NCBI GenBank assembly: GCA_965217585.1
Contig: OZ244561.1
Span: forward strand, 1,137,424-1,201,423
DNA length: 64,000 nt
Reading direction: 5' to 3'
DNA from: Candidatus Latescibacterota bacterium
GTDB lineage: Bacteria; Latescibacterota; UBA2968; UBA8231
Numbering within the stretch: position 1 is the stretch's first letter; each line of letters begins with the position of its first letter. The notes below the pieces were generated by a model. It did no database searches, was not told where the DNA came from, and was given only the letters and a program-made list of their open reading frames with translations. Shown here piece after piece: positions 9,909-17,501 of this stretch. A program made the position numbers and the translations under genes.

Positions 9909-10733
9909 TTACGCTGGATTCGAGACGGGTCCACCCGGCGGCACGCGGGAAAATTCCATTTCAAGATGAGTCTTGGGCACGTGCATGTTGCTTTCGCTTA
10001 GGGGCTGCCAAGTCCACGAGACCTGCCGCCGACTGGCGCGCTGATCGATGATCTGGCGTCGCACCAGCCCAATCCGCCATATATCGCCAGCGGCCGGGGG
10101 CAGACTTTGCGCGTCCGCCAGCCTTTTCAACCCCGCCCAAGGAAAGGCCAGTTCCACGCTCCAGCCTTGGTCGATATCATCCCGTTTGTTCAGGGTGCCT
10201 TCGACCTGCACCCCGACCTGCAACCCCGGAAAGCGCCAGTGCGAAAAAGCCCAGCGCATGGCGCGATAGTCGGAATTCGATCCCCCGCCCAAGACTTCGG
10301 GCCGCTGTACCGCCAGATCGAACTCCGGCACGTCGTAGCGACCGCCGCGCTGATAAGCCTCCTTCCAGATGTAGAACATTTCCGAGATCGCGCCCAGCGG
10401 ATTGACGGCTAGTTCGTAATATGCTCTCCGACCGACGAGGAGCACCCCCGCGTTATTGTCCTGCCGGACTAACGGCGAAGCCTCTTCCTCCGTACCCCAC
10501 ACATCGCGATCTTCCAGCCAGAAGCCCACGTATAGGTTCTGGTCGTCCCACAGCATGGCCGCCCGGGTATCGAAAAGCGATCGCTGTCCGGTGTGATCCC
10601 CAAAGCGCGGGGAGTGCTGCGCCCGAGTCCAAACTTCCTCCTGCAGATGACCGTCCACATCAATGGCATCCTCGGTCTTATGGCAGATGTAGCGCACGGT
10701 CTTCGCTGTCGAGAACGCTGTCTTATCACTCAT
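9909..10733 (-). CDS. CBM9/DOMON-like carbohydrate-binding family protein (paralogue 1)
   Basis: Motifs ...IDVDGHLQEEVW...AAMLWDDQNLYVGFWLEDRDVW... are typical of CBM9-like domains. 274 aa, no signal peptide. Confidence 0.7.
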   Translation of the reverse strand: MSDKTAFSTAKTVRYICHKTEDAIDVDGHLQEEVWTRAQHSPRFGDHTGQRSLFDTRAAMLWDDQNLYVGFWLEDRDVWGTEEEASPLVRQDNNAGVLLVGRRAYYELAVNPLGAISEMFYIWKEAYQRGGRYDVPEFDLAVQRPEVLGGGSNSDYRAMRWAFSHWRFPGLQVGVQVEGTLNKRDDIDQGWSVELAFPWAGLKRLADAQSLPPAAGDIWRIGLVRRQIIDQRASRRQVSWTWQPLSESNMHVPKTHLEMEFSRVPPGGPVSNPA

Positions 10734-11554
10734 TCCTCACCCACCACCCTTTCGGAAAAGTGTATCACACTGAAGCGATCCGGGATGTGCGAATCATAGG
10801 TCCCGTGGCTGGTCCAAGCCCACCCCGGACACACCCGCGCGTCGCCCTCCTCGATCCACTGGAAACGCGAAAAGTCCATGCGCCATATATCCCCTTCCCG
10901 AGCCGGCAGCGAGCGCCCGTCCGCCAAGTGCTGCAAGCCCTGCCAAGGAAAGGCGATTTCCGCGGTCCAGCCCCGGTCGGTGTCGCTGGAATCATTGATG
11001 GTGCCGTCCACCTGCACCGCCCATTGCAAACCCGGCATATCCCATTCGCGGAAGGCCCAGCGCCGCCCGCGCGGATGCCGGTGTCCCGACTGCGATCCTC
11101 CGAGGGTATCCACCAGCCGAGTACCCAGTAGGTCGAATTCGGGCAGCTTGGCGTACCCAGCCTCGATGTAGGCGTCCTGCCAGATGTAGAACCGCTCCAT
11201 GATGGTGCCCAAGGCATTCAGCTCGAATTCGTAATAGCCATTCTCACCGGCAATGAAGACCTCCACATCGTTTTCCTCGCAGATCATGGAATCGCGCGTG
11301 GTATAGGTCGCCCGCACATCCGGTTCTTCCAGCCAGAATCCCACGTAGAGGTACTCATCGTCCCACAGCACCGCGGCCCGGGTGTCGAAAAGGGCTGGCC
11401 GGCCCGGTTCCTCCAAGTCCTCGAAACGCGGCGATTTGGGCACCAGTTGCCACGACTCCTCGTCGAGATGGCCGTCCACCACGATCGAGCCTTTTGCTCG
11501 GTAGCTGGTATAGTGCTTCAAACCCTCTTCCGAATAGCCGTATGTACTCGTCAT
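10730..11554 (-). CDS. CBM9/DOMON-like carbohydrate-binding family protein (paralogue 2)
   Basis: Same length (274 aa) and collinear with 9909..10733 (VVDGHLDEESW...AAVLWDDEYLYVGFWLEEPDV). 4-nt overlap with the downstream paralogue. Confidence 0.7.
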   Translation of the reverse strand: MTSTYGYSEEGLKHYTSYRAKGSIVVDGHLDEESWQLVPKSPRFEDLEEPGRPALFDTRAAVLWDDEYLYVGFWLEEPDVRATYTTRDSMICEENDVEVFIAGENGYYEFELNALGTIMERFYIWQDAYIEAGYAKLPEFDLLGTRLVDTLGGSQSGHRHPRGRRWAFREWDMPGLQWAVQVDGTINDSSDTDRGWTAEIAFPWQGLQHLADGRSLPAREGDIWRMDFSRFQWIEEGDARVCPGWAWTSHGTYDSHIPDRFSVIHFSERVVGEE

Positions 11555-11609
11555 ATGCTATGCCTCCACTTTAACTTTAACTAAGAAATCCCTATCGACA
11601 ACTTCTAAC

Positions 11610-11834
11610 TTGCACATTGATGCGACGCCGTATCTGCTGGCGATTTTGCCGTCATCTAGCAGTCGGCTACTGGACGTGCCGCCGCTCGAGTTTGACACTG
11701 CTGAGAACCCGTTGCGTGATGATTCCATTCTATTGAAACTGATCCGACTGGAGACAGATGGCACAGTTGTGATCCCGGATGGCCCCGGCTTGGGTGTCGA
11801 GGTTGACGAAGAAAAACTATTCAGGTATGCTTAG
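11610..11834 (+). pseudogene. Remnant C-terminus of an enolase-superfamily (mandelate racemase/muconate lactonizing) enzyme
   Basis: Only about 70 codons remain. The end ...DGTVVIPDGPGLGVEVDEEKLFRYA is the characteristic C-terminal tail of this family. There is no upstream barrel-domain coding sequence. Confidence 0.55.
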
Positions 11835-11964
11835 CACGCGATTCCGCTGTTGGAATATATTCTACTAGCTAGTAGTCATGTGTCGGCAATTATAACACAC
11901 CTCTCGAAAAGAGCAACCCATTTGAAATCACTGGTTTACAGAACAATTCTTAACGAGGGCTGAT

Positions 11965-12231
11965 ATGACCAACAAACTCAAAAATGCTTTCGACAAAATC
12001 TCAACTCTGAGCGAAAAAGAGCAGGACGCTATCGCGGAAGCTCTCCTAGCAGTAGTAGATGATACTTGGGGGCCAGAGGACGATAAGGACGAAGCCGAAT
12101 GGGACGCCCTAGTGGGATCAAAAAAATCTCACGCTTGGTTGGACAAAATGGTAAAGCAAGTTCGGCAGGATATACAGGAAGGGAAGGTCTATGATTTTGA
12201 TCCCAGCGACTTGAACCCATCAAGTCCATGA
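11965..12231 (+). CDS. Putative type II antitoxin
   Basis: 88-aa acidic protein. Its stop overlaps the ATG of the downstream RelE/ParE-like toxin (ATGA). Low-G+C segment. Confidence 0.55.
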   Translation: MTNKLKNAFDKISTLSEKEQDAIAEALLAVVDDTWGPEDDKDEAEWDALVGSKKSHAWLDKMVKQVRQDIQEGKVYDFDPSDLNPSSP

Positions 12232-12491
12232 GATCAAAGACTCACCCCGGTTTCTGGGATGCTTATTATCAACTCCCCAAGACCATTCAAATCAAGGCGG
12301 CAGTTACCTATAAGAGATGGCGAAAAAATCCGTATCAACCGGGGCTTTCCTTTAAACCAGTAAAAGGAAAGCCCTCTGTCTATTCAGTGCGTATCGGGCG
12401 GCAGTGGAGAGCATTAGGACTCAAAGAGGGGGATACTATCACTTGGTTTTGGATCGGCCCACATTCTGAGTATGACCGACTCCTCTCTTAG
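12228..12491 (+). CDS. RelE/ParE-family type II toxin
   Basis: 87 aa. The segment ...SVYSVRIGRQWRALGLKEGDTITWFWIGPHSEYDRLL is the typical RelE/ParE C-terminal pattern. Confidence 0.75.
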   Translation: MRSKTHPGFWDAYYQLPKTIQIKAAVTYKRWRKNPYQPGLSFKPVKGKPSVYSVRIGRQWRALGLKEGDTITWFWIGPHSEYDRLLS

Positions 12492-12650
12492 CCAATCGCC
12501 AAAAAAAATACATCCATACGACACGTTACAGCTTTATTGGCGTCGTGTAGTTAGGCGCGTAGAGTCCTCGTCGAATTCGCGGCGATCGAAGTCGGCGACC
12601 GAGAAACCGCGCTCGAAAAGCTGCGGCAGAACATCCAGTAAGGAGAACAC

Positions 12651-13442
12651 ATGGCCCCACCACCATTCGAACATATCCTCTACGAAAAAAAGGGCCGCAT
12701 CGCCTATGTGACGGTGAATCGCCCGCAGGTGATGAACGCCCTGCATCCCCCGGCCCACGCCGAGCTGACCAGGGCCTGGGACGACTTCATCGCCGACGAC
12801 CAGGTCTGGGTCGCCATTCTCACCGGCGCTGGCGAGCGCGCCTTCTCGGCCGGCTCGGACCTGAAATACCGCGTCGAACAAACAGACGACGATCAGCTAC
12901 GCAACCCGGTCCACTCCCCGGCCCACATCCTCGATCGCTGCTACAAGCCGATCATCGCCGCGGTCAACGGTTATGCCGTCGGCGGCGGTCTCGAACTGGC
13001 GCTGCGCTGCGACTTGATCGTGGCGGCCGCAAGTGCCCGCTTCGGTTTGCCCGAGGCCCGACGCGGTCTGCTGGCCGATGCCGGCGGCGTGCTCAAACTG
13101 CCGCGCCGCATCCCCTACCACCTGGCCATGGGCATGATCCTGACCGGCAAGCTGTTCTCGGCGCGGGAAGCCCTAGCCATGGGCCTAGTCAACGAAGTAG
13201 CCGATGACGAACCGGTAATGGCCACGGCCGAACGCTGGGCCGCCGAGATCCTGGAGTGTGGTCCCCTCGCCGTCCAAGCCGCCAAGCAGGTAGCGCTGCA
13301 CACCATCGAGACCCCCATTTCTCAGGCGCAGTGCCAGCTAGAGGATCTGACGGCAGTGCGCCGCCTGCGGCTGTCGGAGGACTACGCCGAGGGGCCGCGG
13401 GCATTCGCCGAAAAACGCAAACCACAATGGAAGGCCAGATGA
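12651..13442 (+). CDS. Enoyl-CoA hydratase/isomerase (crotonase) family protein
   Basis: Motifs GRIAYVTVNRPQVMNAL, LTGAGERAFSAGSDLK and AAVNGYAVGGGLELAL. RBS AAGGAG. Confidence 0.9.
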   Translation: MAPPPFEHILYEKKGRIAYVTVNRPQVMNALHPPAHAELTRAWDDFIADDQVWVAILTGAGERAFSAGSDLKYRVEQTDDDQLRNPVHSPAHILDRCYKPIIAAVNGYAVGGGLELALRCDLIVAAASARFGLPEARRGLLADAGGVLKLPRRIPYHLAMGMILTGKLFSAREALAMGLVNEVADDEPVMATAERWAAEILECGPLAVQAAKQVALHTIETPISQAQCQLEDLTAVRRLRLSEDYAEGPRAFAEKRKPQWKAR

Positions 13443-13506
13443 GCAACCAGGCCAAAAGCGACGCGGGCGCGGAGATCAAGGCGTGCGAGCGGGCTGGCCG
13501 TGCCGG

Positions 13507-14859
13507 TCAGGAAGCCATCCGCATCGGCATGAGCACGGCAGCGTGCTTGTCCTCCCCTGCCTCAAAGTGAAGAGGTGCCTCACTATGGTCAAGATATATC
13601 CGCATCTCCTCCCCCCCGTCTTTCAGCGCCTCCACAATAGTTGTGAGGGAGTCGTGATTGAGGCCGGCGCGGAATAATCCTCCATCCTCGATATTTGTCA
13701 CATCGGCAGGGCAGCTCACGGAATGCTCCCAGTCCGGGAGGTCGTCGCCGTGCAGGCCGTCCGCATTTTCTCCGTTCTGGCTGAAGAACCCCTGATCCCG
13801 CGTCGTTCGCAGCACCAGTTTCCCCTCCACACCCGATACCCGCATCTCTACGCTGGGCACGTACTCCCAGCCACTTTTCACCAGTTCGTGGCGGTCTCTG
13901 AGGAACGGCTCGATCTCCTCCACGCAGGCCATTAGGTGCTCGCTGCGCACGACCGCCAGGATCGGACCGTGGGAGCCGACGGCCTCTTGGTATTTGAGGT
14001 ACGGTCCGGGAGTCGATGGAAATGTCACCCTGCAGCCGTCCGGAGTCCGCAACGTGGCAGATTCCTCCTCGATAATCAGCGTTGCCGAGTCCGTCTCCGG
14101 GACCATTTCAGCTTGCAGCGAATCGAGGATCACCGGGGCCGGCAGCGACGCCAAGCCCCTGCTCGACCAGTTGAGCAGCCGCGAGCCATCGGTCGCGACA
14201 ATCCTACCACCGGCGTCGAGACAGACGCAGTGCATAATGGGCCGCTTGGGATCGTCGCTTATGAAGCGAGCTACGTGACGCAATCCGGCCAGATCGGCCG
14301 GTCCAAGCTCGAATGTCTGTGCAGTGCTGGATTCCGCCATCGCCATGATCTCCTTTTGTAGGCGTTTCCGGGCCTTTTGCAGACGGCTCTTTACCACTCC
14401 GGTTTGGAGGTGCAGCAAGGTTGCTGTCTGCTGATAGGAATAGCCCTTGAGGTAGTGGTGGACGATCACGTCTCGGTGGGGGGCACTCAACCGTCCGATC
14501 GCCTTCCGCACCAGCGCCCTGATCTCCTGCTTCTCCTGCTCGGGCGGTGCCGCGAGGTCGAGCTGATCCAGAAGATTGAGTTGGGTGAAACGGCGGCGCT
14601 GCCACATGCGCGCTTTGTTGTCCGCGATCGAGCACAGCCAGGCGCCGAATCGCTCGGGAGCGCGCAGCTCCGCTAGCTGCTGGTACGCGGCAATGAACGC
14701 CTCCTGTAGGACGTCCTCTGCCGCCTCTTGCGCGCCCAGCCTGCGGGTGAGCCGCATCAGCAACCACGGCGTGTGTTCCTCAACGAGCAGCCCAAACGCC
14801 GCAGAGTCGCCAGCGACCGCCCTCTGCACGCAGCTTTCTCCATTCCGTTCCATGATCAC
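13507..14859 (-). CDS. ECF sigma-70 family factor fused to a DnaN-like (beta sliding clamp domains II-III) C-terminal module
   Basis: aa 1-175 carry sigma regions 2 and 4 (DVLQEAFIAAY; YSYQQTATLLHLQTGVVKSRLQKARKRL). aa ~182-450 carry RIVATDGSRL, GPYLKYQEAV and the C-terminal AAVLMPMRM, matching DnaN hallmarks as I recall them. Confidence 0.85.
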   Translation of the reverse strand: MIMERNGESCVQRAVAGDSAAFGLLVEEHTPWLLMRLTRRLGAQEAAEDVLQEAFIAAYQQLAELRAPERFGAWLCSIADNKARMWQRRRFTQLNLLDQLDLAAPPEQEKQEIRALVRKAIGRLSAPHRDVIVHHYLKGYSYQQTATLLHLQTGVVKSRLQKARKRLQKEIMAMAESSTAQTFELGPADLAGLRHVARFISDDPKRPIMHCVCLDAGGRIVATDGSRLLNWSSRGLASLPAPVILDSLQAEMVPETDSATLIIEEESATLRTPDGCRVTFPSTPGPYLKYQEAVGSHGPILAVVRSEHLMACVEEIEPFLRDRHELVKSGWEYVPSVEMRVSGVEGKLVLRTTRDQGFFSQNGENADGLHGDDLPDWEHSVSCPADVTNIEDGGLFRAGLNHDSLTTIVEALKDGGEEMRIYLDHSEAPLHFEAGEDKHAAVLMPMRMAS

Positions 14860-14991
14860 CCTTATAGTTGCTTTCAGGCGACAAAGGTATCCGAAAAAAG
14901 GAGCCGTCGGGACAAATTACGCCTGCATCTTGACCCGATATTTGCGATATGTACATTAAATCAGCATCCACACCCTACTTAGGAAGCCTTC

Positions 14992-15384
14992 ATGTCGGAG
15001 ACAACCGGCCCCCAAGCTAACCCAGCCCCCGATAATACCCACTGGGGAGTCGCCTATCTGAGGGAAGACCTCCAAGATCTACGCCAGCAGATACGGGAAG
15101 ACAGCAAAGATCTGCGCCAGCAGATCGTCGAGACCAATCGGTCGCTCGGTCAGCAGATCGCCGAAACCAACCGGCAGATCGCCGAGACTAACCGGTCGCT
15201 CGGTCAGCAGATCGCCGAGACCAATAAGCGCATTGACGAGACCAGTCGGTCGCTCGGCCAGCGCATTGACGAGACCAATAAGCGCATTGACGAGACCAAT
15301 AAGCGCATTGAATCCCGTTTCGCTTGGCTCATTACAACCATGGTGGCGCTGACGGGCATCCTCATCGCCGTGATCAAGCTCTGA
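14992..15384 (+). CDS. Tail-anchored coiled-coil repeat protein
   Basis: In-frame 7/11-residue repeats (ETNRSLGQQIA, ETNRQIA, ETNKRID ...) followed by a single C-terminal TM helix (WLITTMVALTGILIAVI). Confidence 0.6.
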   Translation: MSETTGPQANPAPDNTHWGVAYLREDLQDLRQQIREDSKDLRQQIVETNRSLGQQIAETNRQIAETNRSLGQQIAETNKRIDETSRSLGQRIDETNKRIDETNKRIESRFAWLITTMVALTGILIAVIKL

Positions 15385-15441
15385 AATGGGGGTCCATATC
15401 GGACGACGTCTGACCGAATGGGCCGACGCCAATCCGACGGG

Positions 15442-16689
15442 CTAGAAATTATACACCAAGCTCAAATCAATGAAGCTGTCGCGTCGAGTCTCGTAGTGGA
15501 TATCCGCTTTGTCGATACTGAGAAGATAGATCGACTCTAGATTCACAGACCACCGATCAGCAATACGCCGCTCCAACGCGACGGCCAGTGCGCGCGTAGC
15601 CCGGTCCACATCCCCCAGTATACTAGCGACAATTTCACTGCTCTGAACATCATTTAACGCAAGGCGCGCGGCGAAGAAGAGATCGTTTTCGGGCGTGTTG
15701 GGCGAGCGGCTTGGGGTCGCATTGCGGCCGCGCCCGTCGTAATTCCATTCGCCGAGCAGGCTGAGGTCGGCAGCCGAGCCAAAAACGGAATAGAACGTGT
15801 ATTCGCCGCCAAAAACGGCAGCAACGTAGTCTTCTTCCCGGCCGGACAGGTTGCGAGCACCAGCGCGCTGAATGGCCTCCAGCTTGAACAACCAAGAGCC
15901 GACCGTTAGCTGGGCGTCCAGTCCAAACTGGCGGATCTGCGCGTAGTACTGACCTAAGGTCGGCGCGCCGCTACGGTCCAAGAGTAGCTTCAGAGCAGGC
16001 TCCCGGCTGGTGCCGTTGAATGCACTCACACCCATATCGAGGAGTCCAAAACTGTGACTGTAGCGGGCGGCGAGATCCACGTGCCGCTCCTTGGCCGCGC
16101 TCTCGTACTCGACCTGCTCATCTTCTACCACGAGCGGAAGGCGCAAACGGCCCGCTCGGCCCGGAAAGGTGCGGGCGCGGTGATAGGGCAAAGCAAAAAA
16201 TTCCACCACACCCCAATCGCTAGACCAAGTCCCATGGACCATGGGTTGCCCCAGCTTGGCCTCTCCAGCCGGATGTTCGACCAAATCGACTTGGTTGACA
16301 ACATCGACCAAGTGCTGCGACTCGGTGACGCCCCAGAACACCTGATCGACGCCCACGCGCAGCTCCCATTCGCCGTCGCCGATTTCGCCGAATAGCAGCA
16401 GATAGGCTTCGCGCAGATCGGCATGGGTGCGGCGTGGGTCGGTGTTGTCGTAGCGAAAGAACGGAGCTAAAGTGAGGCTTCTACCCGCGGCGTCTTCAAG
16501 GTAGAGTTTAGGCACTGCAACAAAGCCGCTCGCATGGGAGTGCTGACCGGAATGAGCACCGGCTTCGGGGAACCATCGGCTTTCGGCATTCAAGCGCCCG
16601 GAAAACTCGTGGTCAATTTCGGTTCCGGCCTGTGCTTCGACGGCCAAGGCCAAAATCCAGACAGCGCCGAGGGCCGCACGGAGTAACAT
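15442..16689 (-). CDS. Putative outer-membrane beta-barrel protein
   Basis: The start at ATG 16689 gives signal peptide MLLRAALGAVWILALAVEAQA. The start overlaps the upstream stop (TGATG). Alternating beta-strand pattern and a C-terminal ...LSLVYNF. Confidence 0.7.
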   Translation of the reverse strand: MLLRAALGAVWILALAVEAQAGTEIDHEFSGRLNAESRWFPEAGAHSGQHSHASGFVAVPKLYLEDAAGRSLTLAPFFRYDNTDPRRTHADLREAYLLLFGEIGDGEWELRVGVDQVFWGVTESQHLVDVVNQVDLVEHPAGEAKLGQPMVHGTWSSDWGVVEFFALPYHRARTFPGRAGRLRLPLVVEDEQVEYESAAKERHVDLAARYSHSFGLLDMGVSAFNGTSREPALKLLLDRSGAPTLGQYYAQIRQFGLDAQLTVGSWLFKLEAIQRAGARNLSGREEDYVAAVFGGEYTFYSVFGSAADLSLLGEWNYDGRGRNATPSRSPNTPENDLFFAARLALNDVQSSEIVASILGDVDRATRALAVALERRIADRWSVNLESIYLLSIDKADIHYETRRDSFIDLSLVYNF

Positions 16690-17501
16690 CAACGCGCCCG
16701 TTTTAGTCCAGTTTTCGTAAAATCGCGGTCGTCGAGGTCTGTTTGGAATTGAAAATCCGTCCAAGTTAGAACGGTACTTTTTCCGGTCAAATGATTGACC
16801 ATCGTCATCTCGCCCGCGCGCCAGTAACGCTCTAGGTACTGTTCGTAGTTCCCTAGGGTGAGCGTCTTCAAATGGGCATCCTTGCGGTCGTAGTACTCCA
16901 CTTTCCAAACGCGGAGTTCGTCCTTGTCGCGCCAGACCACTTGGCGACTATAGCCCGATTTCTTATCGACGGAAACGCGTTCGGAGACCGTGCAGGTCAA
17001 ATCGCCACAAGGCTCGTCGCGCAGGTAGCGGTAGGTGAATTTCTCCACGGCCTGGGCGGTCAGGTCTTCATAGGCAAATTCGCTCCCCATGAAGGAGCCG
17101 GATCGGTTCGACGAACTAATGCGCTTGACTCGCTTTAGAGCAGGTAGGTAGAGCCATTGATCGTCCGCGCTTTCCCCATGCGAGTGAATGAGCAACGCCG
17201 TTCCCTGGACATCGCGCGGCTCATCAAACACAAACAGGCTCTTGTCACCATCTTCGGCGACTTCGAGCACCTTTACCCGGAGCTGGCGTCGGCTCTCTTG
17301 CCCGTGTTTGTTGCGCAGCACCATGGTTTGTTGCGCCGTGAAGTTGCCAAAACCTTGCTCGCGCGCGCGAGAATCATGAGCGATTTTCAGCCCAGTTTCC
17401 TCGGGGGTGGCATTTTCGGCATGGGTGGGTGCCGCGCCAAGACAGGTCAAAATGATCAGACAATGCGCGAAAAACGGCAGCATAGATCGCGTGAGAATCA
17501 T
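16689..17501 (-). CDS. Outer-membrane lipoprotein-sorting (LolA-like) family protein
   Basis: Has a signal peptide. Size (270 aa) and position between an RND/MMPL transporter and a barrel gene match the LolA-like family usually found there. 4-nt overlap with the transporter gene. Confidence 0.75.
   Translation of the reverse strand: MILTRSMLPFFAHCLIILTCLGAAPTHAENATPEETGLKIAHDSRAREQGFGNFTAQQTMVLRNKHGQESRRQLRVKVLEVAEDGDKSLFVFDEPRDVQGTALLIHSHGESADDQWLYLPALKRVKRISSSNRSGSFMGSEFAYEDLTAQAVEKFTYRYLRDEPCGDLTCTVSERVSVDKKSGYSRQVVWRDKDELRVWKVEYYDRKDAHLKTLTLGNYEQYLERYWRAGEMTMVNHLTGKSTVLTWTDFQFQTDLDDRDFTKTGLKRAR

Noticed and set aside
15100-15310. Tandem DNA repeats, considered as a possible CRISPR or other non-coding array.
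   Set aside because: The repeats are 21- and 33-nt in-frame codon repeats of a coiled-coil ORF. There are no unique spacers of regular length, and no cas genes occur in the window.
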